Under the pieces are notes generated by a model, which ran no database searches, was not told the DNA's origin, and worked only from the letters and a program-made list of their open reading frames with translations. From an uncultured Acidibacter sp. (lineage in GTDB: Bacteria > Pseudomonadota > Gammaproteobacteria > Steroidobacterales > Steroidobacteraceae): a stretch of DNA of 64,000 nt. Positions 10,159 through 17,271 of this stretch are shown piece after piece. The stretch lies in contig CAZHLL010000001.1 in assembly GCA_964533305.1 (NCBI GenBank), positions 6,401 through 70,400 on the forward strand. Reading direction: 5' to 3'. The position numbers and the translations under genes are program-made. Numbering within the stretch: the stretch's first letter is position 1; each line of letters starts with the position of its first letter.

Positions 10159-10175
10159 GGATCACCGAACAGAAC

Positions 10176-10607
10176 TCAGGATACCGGGGAAGAAGACGAG
10201 TCCGCGGACCCATCAGGCTTTTCATTGACTGCCTGTGGCGACGGCGCCGTCAGTACTTCTGGTGGGCCGGCGATCGGCTCTTCCACACAGATCAATTGGC
10301 CTTCAATCACGCCACCTCGCTCGATCTCGAGCGATCGATACGTGACGCTGCCTTGCACGCGGGCGCTGGCTCGAACCGTAATGTGTTCATGGATTTCGAT
10401 GGAATCGCCGACAGCGCCCCGGATGTCAGCCTTGGACGCACTGACCGTGCCGTTGACCTCTCCGGTGAGGCCTACAAAGACCTCATTGGCCTTGATCTGA
10501 CCATTGATTACACCGTCGACAAATACCGCCCCAGGCAAGGAAACCTCGCCATTGATGGTGACCCCCTCGCCGACGAAGAGACACCCTTTAGAGTCTTTGC
10601 TTTCCAT
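10176..10607 (-). CDS. Bactofilin (type B, copy 2)
   Basis: 143 aa: KGCLFVGEGVTINGEVSLPGAVFVDGVINGQIKANEVFVGLTGEVNGTVSASKADIRGAVGDSIEIHEHITVRASARVQGSVTYRSLEIERGGVIEGQL. Collinear with 8669-9076. Confidence 0.85.
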   Translation of the reverse strand: MESKDSKGCLFVGEGVTINGEVSLPGAVFVDGVINGQIKANEVFVGLTGEVNGTVSASKADIRGAVGDSIEIHEHITVRASARVQGSVTYRSLEIERGGVIEGQLICVEEPIAGPPEVLTAPSPQAVNEKPDGSADSSSSPVS

Positions 10608-10676
10608 GATGGCCGCCCTGAAGCGTTCTGGTTTTATGTGATGCGAACGCTACCATATTGGATCAATTTTGAGGAC

Positions 10677-10699
10677 GCAACATGCAACATCATTTGCAT
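10677..10699. promoter_or_regulatory. Tandem GCAACAT repeat and ATGCAA-N6-TTGCAT inverted repeat in the B2/C2 bactofilin intergenic region
   Basis: GCAACATGCAACAT at 10677-10690. ATGCAA (10682-87) / TTGCAT (10694-99). The segment is locally AT-rich. Confidence 0.3.
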
Positions 10700-10721
10700 A
10701 CTCCGAACTGTGGCAGGTTTG

Positions 10722-11144
10722 TTGCGTCGAAGGAAAATTCGGACCGTGATCGGTGAAAACACTGTGATTCACGGCAGCCTGCGTTTTGCCCATGACGCCC
10801 ATATCGCAGGCACTGTGCTCGGGCATGTCCTGCCGAGCCAACCCCAACGCCAATGCCGACTCTCCGTCGATCGATCCGCAGTAATCCACGGTACGGTCGC
10901 CGCAAGCGACATTGAAGTACGCGGTCGGGTGCATGGCGACGTGGGTGCGCAAAAGACTTTGGTACTGGGTGCGGACGCCCAAGTGTTTGGGCAGCTGAAT
11001 TATCGGGAAATCACCATCGAAACCGAGCCGCTCGACCCGATCGAACCCGCTCCTCCTGCGACCACCAAGTCTTCCGAGGAGACCGACCCCCGCTTCGAAG
11101 GAATCCTACGGGTGTTGCGTGAGCCTTGGCGCAATCCGGGATAG
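10722..11144 (+). CDS. Bactofilin (type C, copy 2)
   Basis: (L)LRRRKIRTVIGENTVIHGSLRFAHDAHIAGTVLGHV ... VIHGTVAASDIEVRGRVHGDVGAQKTLVLGADAQVFGQLNYREITIE. The track ORF begins at 10296, but 10296-10607 is antisense to the preceding bactofilin. I chose TTG at 10722 (or 10719) by analogy with the C1 N-terminus MFRRDKK. ATG at 10641 is the alternative. Confidence 0.7.
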   Translation: MRRRKIRTVIGENTVIHGSLRFAHDAHIAGTVLGHVLPSQPQRQCRLSVDRSAVIHGTVAASDIEVRGRVHGDVGAQKTLVLGADAQVFGQLNYREITIETEPLDPIEPAPPATTKSSEETDPRFEGILRVLREPWRNPG

Positions 11145-11159
11145 CCAATCGCGGCAGCC

Positions 11160-12314
11160 TCATTTAGTAGCCAGCAGAATCTTCCAGTAGGTGTCGGAGG
11201 AGTAAAGGCGCTGCTCCCGCTCACGCCGGACGGCGTAATCGACAACCTGCACCGTACCCGCCTCGAACCCCGCCTGACAGGCGAGCTGTATGAGATTGAC
11301 CTCGGTCATGAACTGACCAAAAGTTTCGTTATTGTTCCAGCTCTCCCAGTTGTACAAAAACTGCTCTAGAACCGTCCGGCCGCGCGGCACCTCAAGATGC
11401 AGCATGATGCCGCCCGGTCGCAACAGCCGGTGACACTCTCGCAAAATGCGATTCAGGGCTGACTTGGAGGTTTCGTGCAACATGATGTGCGAAATCACCA
11501 GATCAAAACTTTCGTCGGCGAACGTGGTGCACTCCGCATTTTGTTGACTGAAGTGCACCGGTACACCCAAGTGCTCGGCTCGTGCGTGAGCGTATCGCAG
11601 CTGGGGTGCAGCGACATCGATCGCAGCTACCCGTGCGGTCGGGAACGCTCTCGCCCAGGGCAAGGTGCTGTTGCCAATCGCGCACCCCATATCCAGAATG
11701 TTCTTTGGTTGCTGGGCGGAAAATCGCTCGCGATAGAACCCGAGCAGCAAGTCGCCCAGATATTCATTCAGCGAACCCATGCTGCCATTCGAGTAGATGC
11801 GCAAACCCATGTCGTAAACCACACCAGCTGCGACATCGTCTTCAATGAATTCGCTGTGATAACCACCGGGTTGCAGATGGATATCAACTGCCGTGTGATA
11901 CCTTGGCACCAAAAGTTCAGGATTCAACTGCAAAGAACCTGAGCGCTTGGACTTGCCTCGCGTCTGGCGCGATTTTCGCGCGCTTGCCAAGCCCTTGTCG
12001 CGCAAGTTGCCCAACTGTCGTTCGACGGGATCCATGACGCAATCCCACATGAGCTCCTGACTGCAACGCTGCATGGCGCTCCAAAACTGGTAATAACCGT
12101 CCTGTTCCATCTCGGCACGCACTTCGCTGAAATGCCGCGGACTTCGGCCGTGACGGGCGCGAAAACGAGGCTCCACCCTGCGCTCGTACACACTGTAATT
12201 ACCGGGGACGACGCGACTCGCCAAATGTCCGCGCAGTTGAGTCACAAACTGCTGACGCTCACGTTCATCAAGGGTGCTCTCGGCCAGCATCGGATGCGAT
12301 TGGGAACGGTTCAT
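11160..12314 (-). CDS. Class I SAM-dependent methyltransferase with an uncharacterised ~200-aa N-terminal region
   Basis: C-terminal Rossmann motifs ILDMGCAIGNS (motif I), AIDVA, FDLVISHIMLHE, LRPGGIMLHLE. There is no DPPY/NPPY-type DNA-methyltransferase motif. I set the start at M48 (ATG 12314) to avoid running into the XRE gene. Confidence 0.75.
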   Translation of the reverse strand: MNRSQSHPMLAESTLDERERQQFVTQLRGHLASRVVPGNYSVYERRVEPRFRARHGRSPRHFSEVRAEMEQDGYYQFWSAMQRCSQELMWDCVMDPVERQLGNLRDKGLASARKSRQTRGKSKRSGSLQLNPELLVPRYHTAVDIHLQPGGYHSEFIEDDVAAGVVYDMGLRIYSNGSMGSLNEYLGDLLLGFYRERFSAQQPKNILDMGCAIGNSTLPWARAFPTARVAAIDVAAPQLRYAHARAEHLGVPVHFSQQNAECTTFADESFDLVISHIMLHETSKSALNRILRECHRLLRPGGIMLHLEVPRGRTVLEQFLYNWESWNNNETFGQFMTEVNLIQLACQAGFEAGTVQVVDYAVRREREQRLYSSDTYWKILLATK

Positions 12315-12357
12315 CAATCGAGTGTCGCGGAAGGCGGGAAGCCGGGTCAAGCGCGCA

Positions 12358-12729
12358 TCATCTTGATCGCTGCCCGCGGGCAAAAAACTCGACGTGCTGG
12401 CGCAAAGTTTCGACGATGAAAACCTGGGTAGCAGGGTCGAGTCGCCTAACTTCATTCATCAACGCAATCATCTCACCAGGCAACGACTCGGCGCCTCGCG
12501 CCAATAGCGACTCCGGGCTGACACCCAAGGCGTCTGCAATTGCGACCAGCCGCTCGATCGAGGGTTGATGATAGCCGCGCTCGATGCGCGAGACACTATC
12601 CGGGCGAGCCCGGATGCTGGCCGCCAATTGCCGTTGCGTGACTCCGGCACGACGACGATGGAAACGAATGGCTTCGCCCAACGACAGTTGTTCTGATTTC
12701 TTTGATTTGACAGATCTGGGCATTGACAC
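12358..12729 (-). CDS. XRE-family helix-turn-helix transcriptional regulator
   Basis: 123 aa: LSLGEAIRFHRRRAGVTQRQLAASIRARPDSVSRIERGYHQPSIERLVAIADALGVSPESLL, a canonical HTH_3 pattern. Confidence 0.8.
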   Translation of the reverse strand: MSMPRSVKSKKSEQLSLGEAIRFHRRRAGVTQRQLAASIRARPDSVSRIERGYHQPSIERLVAIADALGVSPESLLARGAESLPGEMIALMNEVRRLDPATQVFIVETLRQHVEFFARGQRSR

Positions 12730-12942
12730 TCGAGGACGAACCGAAGCGGTACATGACCGAAGAAAAACCGCAGGGCAAGGCCGCTGCGTGGCCGACTAAT
12801 ACGCATCGAGATTGTCATCAAATCAGGCGCCTCTCGCACTAGACGTATTACGCCGAGTTTGTCGGTTTATGACCGCAATTTTGGCAAGCAAGGATGGATT
12901 TCACTGGGCATTCAGCACCGAAGCTGGCAGGCTCGCGCTTCG

Positions 12943-13278
12943 ATGGACCCACACCTCCACCGAAAGACCCCGTTACAGGCTGCTGAGCCTGTGCAGCTCG
13001 CCCTACAAGAGATCACGCAGCGTGCTGGCGGAGTTTCCGCGTACGAAGCTAAACAACTGTGGCAGCAAATTGAGCAGCTCTTTGATCTGCAGGCATCACG
13101 ACATCTACCCTATGCAGTCATAGATACCTATGTGCTCCTGACGGGAGAGCTCACAAGACCGCTCGGACAATTGAATCATCAGCAGTGCCTGCTGATGCTC
13201 GACAAGGCGCTTACAGCACAGCCTGTAGTGCTACTCGAAACTGCTCGAGGGACCGCTTGCCCTGAATACGCCGTTTGA
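12943..13278 (+). CDS. Hypothetical small protein (weak call)
   Basis: This is the only protein-like frame in a ~470-bp gap: MDPHLHRK...AYEAKQLWQQIEQLFDLQ... It uses more A/T-ending codons than its neighbours, I recognise no motif, and its last 68 nt overlap the convergent redoxin gene. Confidence 0.25.
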   Translation: MDPHLHRKTPLQAAEPVQLALQEITQRAGGVSAYEAKQLWQQIEQLFDLQASRHLPYAVIDTYVLLTGELTRPLGQLNHQQCLLMLDKALTAQPVVLLETARGTACPEYAV

Positions 13279-13741
13279 TTTGCCCGTCGCGCCCGACCAA
13301 GTAGGTGGTGGGCACCACTTCATTCCAAGCGGGATCCAAAACCCGGGTCAGTTCATCAAGGTCCGAGCCTGATCTTGCATACGTCCGGAACGTCGGGAAG
13401 TATCGTTTGCGATAGCGCTCTACGTCCAAAGCGCCCGGCGAAGGCTCATCCACCGCTACGCCGATGAGCACCACGCCCTGAGCCGAGAACTCGGCCTGCA
13501 AGGTGAGCAGATCAGGAATCTCTCGCAGGCAAGGTACACACCAGGTTGCCCACACGTTCACGATCAGCACCTTGCCCTGATACGCATCCAACGTGGCGCG
13601 AAACTGCGCAGGGCTCGGCATCGTAGTCGCCGGACCTGCCCCGGATTTATCCTGTGCCTGTAAAGGCGTGGACAGCACACCGATCAGCATGCAAACAAAG
13701 ATTACGAGACGCAATATCGATTGTTGCCCGAGCTTGATCAT
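13211..13741 (-). CDS. TlpA/redoxin-family thiol:disulfide oxidoreductase, exported
   Basis: VNVWATWCVPCLREIPDL (CxxC thioredoxin fold) after the signal MIKLGQQSILRLVIFVCMLIGVLSTPLQA. The start at M17 gives an ATGA overlap with the upstream BNR gene. Confidence 0.85.
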   Translation of the reverse strand: MIKLGQQSILRLVIFVCMLIGVLSTPLQAQDKSGAGPATTMPSPAQFRATLDAYQGKVLIVNVWATWCVPCLREIPDLLTLQAEFSAQGVVLIGVAVDEPSPGALDVERYRKRYFPTFRTYARSGSDLDELTRVLDPAWNEVVPTTYLVGRDGQIKRRIQGKRSLEQFRVALQAVL

Positions 13742-15117
13742 CTTGGCGCCACGATTCTTTGAGTCATAATACGACCATCTTGCTGCCACGCCATTTGGTA
13801 GTCGCCGTCCACGAGGGCGACGACCACGGGCGCGCGGTCAGAGCGCGCTGCGCTATCGATGGTCGTAACTGATTTTATGGGCTTTCCTTGCATATCAAAG
13901 AATCGATAGTGAATCCGCCAAGGCCCGGAGGTCTTGGCATGCCAAACGACCACGACGGAGCGGCCATTCGTCGCAATACTGGGCGAATCCGACACATCAG
14001 CCTCCGGGTGAACCAAGCCTTGCGAGGAAAAACTCACCCCACCGTCGCTGGACAGAGACAAAATCACACCGGGCTGTGCCTCGCCGCCACTGTGCACCGC
14101 AGCAAATACTTTGTTCTCGTGTCGCGCCAAAACCGTCGGCTTCAACGGACAGCCTTCGATCTGCCATGGTGCTGCGCCGATATCGCTTCGGAGCGGCGTC
14201 AAACCTGCGCCACCCAGCCGCATGACCGTAGCGGCCCGGTAATTGTCCGAATCGACCGCGCGAGACCCAATGAGCAATTCATCGCCGCCGCCATCGATCG
14301 CCATGATCTGGCAACAAGGACACACACCGGTGGCCAGAATTTGGCGCTCACCGGTAAACGTGTTACCGCCGTCTCGCGAGCGATTCACGTACAGCGACGC
14401 GGAGGCACTCGATGCATCCATGTGGCGGGTATCAATCCAGACGACCGCAATGGAGTTGTCCGCGGAGGCGGTCAACGAACCGAAAGCAGCTGCACTGACA
14501 AACCCGCCATGGATCACGGAACTGAGGTCTTGATCTGTCAAAGCGGACAAGCGGCGAGGCGCCTCAAAAGAGCTGCCACCGTCCAATGATCGGGTGTAGT
14601 GGGTGGTGAGGGCGGTTTTGTCGAGATCAGGATGAGTCTCGTTGGCCGCGTAGCTGATGTGCCAGTGGCCATCGGGAGTGCCGACGAGGCGCGGGCGACT
14701 GACCGCCTGACCCCAGACCACGCCGGTTTCAGCATTGACCTTGACAGGAATTGAAAAGGTTTCCCCGCCGTCCAAAGAAACTGCAAAGAAAAGATCAGTG
14801 AGCGCAATATGGCGATCAAGCCCTGCCTGCGGCGAGCCGTGGGCGGCATGGCCCTGATGATGACTGGCATGGCCAGCCTGACCTGCCTGGGCTTCGCTTT
14901 GCTTAAGTGCCTCTGCAGCCGCCAAGGTAGGCGAGCGATCGACCCAAAGAATGCCTATTTCACCGCGCGCATTGACCGCGAGATCAGCCGCCAAAGCCTG
15001 GTGCTCGACCGGACTGACCCCCTTGGGCGAGAAAGCCGTTGCTGCACCGTGTGTCAAAATCGCAGCCGAAGCCAGCAAAATTGCGGCCGCCATCATGGTG
15101 CGCCGAAGCAGCGTCAT
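13738..15117 (-). CDS. Exported BNR/Asp-box repeat beta-propeller protein (sialidase-like fold)
   Basis: Four Asp-boxes: SLDGGETFS, SLDGGSSFE, SRDGGNTFT, SSDGGVSFS. Signal MTLLRRTMMAAAILLASAAILTHGA (start moved to M30, ATG 15117). His-rich insert GHASHHQGHAAHG and a CPCC motif. Confidence 0.75.
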   Translation of the reverse strand: MTLLRRTMMAAAILLASAAILTHGAATAFSPKGVSPVEHQALAADLAVNARGEIGILWVDRSPTLAAAEALKQSEAQAGQAGHASHHQGHAAHGSPQAGLDRHIALTDLFFAVSLDGGETFSIPVKVNAETGVVWGQAVSRPRLVGTPDGHWHISYAANETHPDLDKTALTTHYTRSLDGGSSFEAPRRLSALTDQDLSSVIHGGFVSAAAFGSLTASADNSIAVVWIDTRHMDASSASASLYVNRSRDGGNTFTGERQILATGVCPCCQIMAIDGGGDELLIGSRAVDSDNYRAATVMRLGGAGLTPLRSDIGAAPWQIEGCPLKPTVLARHENKVFAAVHSGGEAQPGVILSLSSDGGVSFSSQGLVHPEADVSDSPSIATNGRSVVVVWHAKTSGPWRIHYRFFDMQGKPIKSVTTIDSAARSDRAPVVVALVDGDYQMAWQQDGRIMTQRIVAPR

Positions 15118-15282
15118 ACGCCGTCTCCTTCTGTATGGGCCAAGACCTTTTTCGCCAAGGCAGTTGTTCCCCACCGTCGAGTCTAACCAAATCGGGGGCG
15201 GCACGGGCGCGGGGAGCTACGGCGCGCGCGCGTTGTCGGCGCGACTGGCCAAAGCGCAGATATAGCATTTATACTACAGCCT

Positions 15283-15522
15283 GTGAGTCGCCAGAAAGAA
15301 ACGCCGGTATTCAATCGTGTTGAGAGCTTGCGCGGACAGCGCGGCCTCAGTCGTCAGCAACTGGCGGATCTCGTCGGCGTGCACTACCAGACCATCGGTT
15401 ACCTGGAACGCGGCGAATACAGCCCGAGCCTCGGACTGGCGCTGCGGATATCCGAGGCACTGGAATCACCTATCACTGATATTTTTTCTTTGATTCCTTT
15501 TCCCGAGGAGGACTTGCGATGA
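15283..15522 (+). CDS. Small XRE/Cro-type HTH transcriptional regulator
   Basis: 79 aa with a GTG start: LRGQRGLSRQQLADLVGVHYQTIGYLERGEYSPSLGLALRISEALESPITDIF. Confidence 0.8.
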   Translation: MSRQKETPVFNRVESLRGQRGLSRQQLADLVGVHYQTIGYLERGEYSPSLGLALRISEALESPITDIFSLIPFPEEDLR

Positions 15523-16073
15523 ACTCGAAGCCGGAAAAAGCAAAACTGTTTTACTGGTTGGAAGGTGTCACCGCGGCTGAGGTTCAACGAAACCTGAATG
15601 ACTCGCGAGTGACGCGCTGGCATGCGCGGCGTACACGCCGCACACTGGTGCTACTGCAAGCCCTGATGATCACCTTGCTGGCTGTGCACACTTTGGTTAT
15701 TTCACCCGTGAAATGGCAGTCGTATATCGAGTTTGCCACGCTGACAGGCACCATCGTGCTTTATTTGATGTTACGCAAGTCAGTCAGGCTGCTCTCTGAT
15801 GCCCCCGATGATCTGTTGGACGAAAGACAAATCTCGGTGCGAGACGGGGCTCACACGAGAGCCTACCGACTGCTTGCCGCGAGCATGGTCTTTTATGTTG
15901 CGCTGTACGTGGTGCTGGATACGCAAGCCACCGGCATGACTGATCGAGTCAGCTTACTCGGTCCTTGGTTGAGTATGGGTCTCTCCTACTTAATGTACGC
16001 GGCGTCGCTACCATCCATGGTGCTCGCCTGGACGTTGCCATCGGAGATTGCCCTAGCCTCCGACTATGCCTGA
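15519..16073 (+). CDS. Hypothetical membrane protein coupled to the small HTH regulator
   Basis: 184 aa with an ATGA overlap with the regulator. About four hydrophobic helices (LVLLQALMITLLAVHTLVI, FATLTGTIVLYLML, LLAASMVFYVALYVVL, LSMGLSYLMYAASLPSMVLAW). Confidence 0.6.
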   Translation: MNSKPEKAKLFYWLEGVTAAEVQRNLNDSRVTRWHARRTRRTLVLLQALMITLLAVHTLVISPVKWQSYIEFATLTGTIVLYLMLRKSVRLLSDAPDDLLDERQISVRDGAHTRAYRLLAASMVFYVALYVVLDTQATGMTDRVSLLGPWLSMGLSYLMYAASLPSMVLAWTLPSEIALASDYA

Positions 16074-16100
16074 TTCAAGGTCAGAAGATTTCTGCGCGGC

Positions 16101-17186
16101 CTATTTCTTTGACTGTTGCTCCGGGACCAGAGCCTGCATGGCGCCCTGTTTGGCAGCAATCTCGCGCTCCGTCGCTTCCATTCGGACAAATCGCTCCGGA
16201 TTAGCGGGATGGGTCGCTCCGTAACCGGCGGTCAACGCGCCACCCGTTTCGACGGTCAATAAGCGATAGGCGTCACGAGCCTCGCTGATGGAGACACCGG
16301 CGCGTGCCAAATAATACAGACCGACATAATCGGCTTCGCGTTCGAAATCCACTGAGTAGGCACGCGCTGCAAAATCCGTGAATGCGCCTTGGGTGTTGAC
16401 GCCCGCGGAGGCAGCGAGCAAATCGAGCAACAAACCGCCCATGGCGTTGGTGCGTTTAGCCTCGATATGTCCCTGACAGTTGTGCGCCAATTCATGCGCA
16501 ACCACCATGCTGATGCTGGCGTCTGCAGGCATGGCGCGAATGAGTCCGCGCGTAAAATTGATGCTGGTACCGTCCGCCCATGCATTGACCATGGGGGAGA
16601 ACACGTCGTAGTTGAGCCCAATACGCGGCAATAGTTCGAGCTCGACGGGGATGACTAACTGAGCGCCCTGACGCAGCACAGTCAGATCCATGGTTCTTTC
16701 TGAGGCCTCAATCGACTGCGCCGCTCGGGCGAAGTTGACCAAACCCAAGCGCCCCACCGGGATCGCGGTGACACCAACACCAATGATTTGATCCCCCAGC
16801 TGCAAACCGGATTTTGCGGCAGCGGAATTGCCGGGCAAAAACGTGACCGAGACACCCTGCGTCAATCCGAGCTCTGTTTGCGCCGCATCACGGTAATCAG
16901 ATGGGACGGTGTCGAGTGTGGCGACACCGATCAATCCCAAAGAAGGACCCACTTTGTCCGCCCGACACAGCTCGGTCGAGGCTTGGTAAATGGGATACGC
17001 GAGACGATAGAGCCGTTCCGCATCGGTCTTGTAGGTGCGAACGACGAGGGCTGCCTGAATTCTTTTTTCAGCCTCGACCGCCACGTCAGTCGCGCCCGTC
17101 GGCCTCGTCGTGGTAGCCGCACATCCCGCGAGGCCGATGAGCGCAAATACGAGCGCGACCAACCGTATGTAGTTGTTCTTCTGCAT
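16101..17186 (-). CDS. M48-family zinc metalloprotease lipoprotein with a PDZ-like segment
   Basis: Lipobox LIGLAGC, HEXXH in VVAHELAHNCQGH, and a PDZ-like segment GNSAAAKSGLQLGDQIIGVG. Confidence 0.8.
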   Translation of the reverse strand: MQKNNYIRLVALVFALIGLAGCAATTTRPTGATDVAVEAEKRIQAALVVRTYKTDAERLYRLAYPIYQASTELCRADKVGPSLGLIGVATLDTVPSDYRDAAQTELGLTQGVSVTFLPGNSAAAKSGLQLGDQIIGVGVTAIPVGRLGLVNFARAAQSIEASERTMDLTVLRQGAQLVIPVELELLPRIGLNYDVFSPMVNAWADGTSINFTRGLIRAMPADASISMVVAHELAHNCQGHIEAKRTNAMGGLLLDLLAASAGVNTQGAFTDFAARAYSVDFEREADYVGLYYLARAGVSISEARDAYRLLTVETGGALTAGYGATHPANPERFVRMEATEREIAAKQGAMQALVPEQQSKK

Positions 17187-17271
17187 GACTGCCTACCACG
17201 ACACAATATCGCTTGGACTATATCCAAATGGGAGGGATCTTAGTCACCCCGTTCGATGACAAAAGCGCATC

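Noticed and set aside
10296-10640. A long N-terminal extension of bactofilin C2 as given in the ORF track.
   Set aside because: It is fully antisense to bactofilin B2 (10176-10607). The bactofilin repeats of C2 only start after about 10730.
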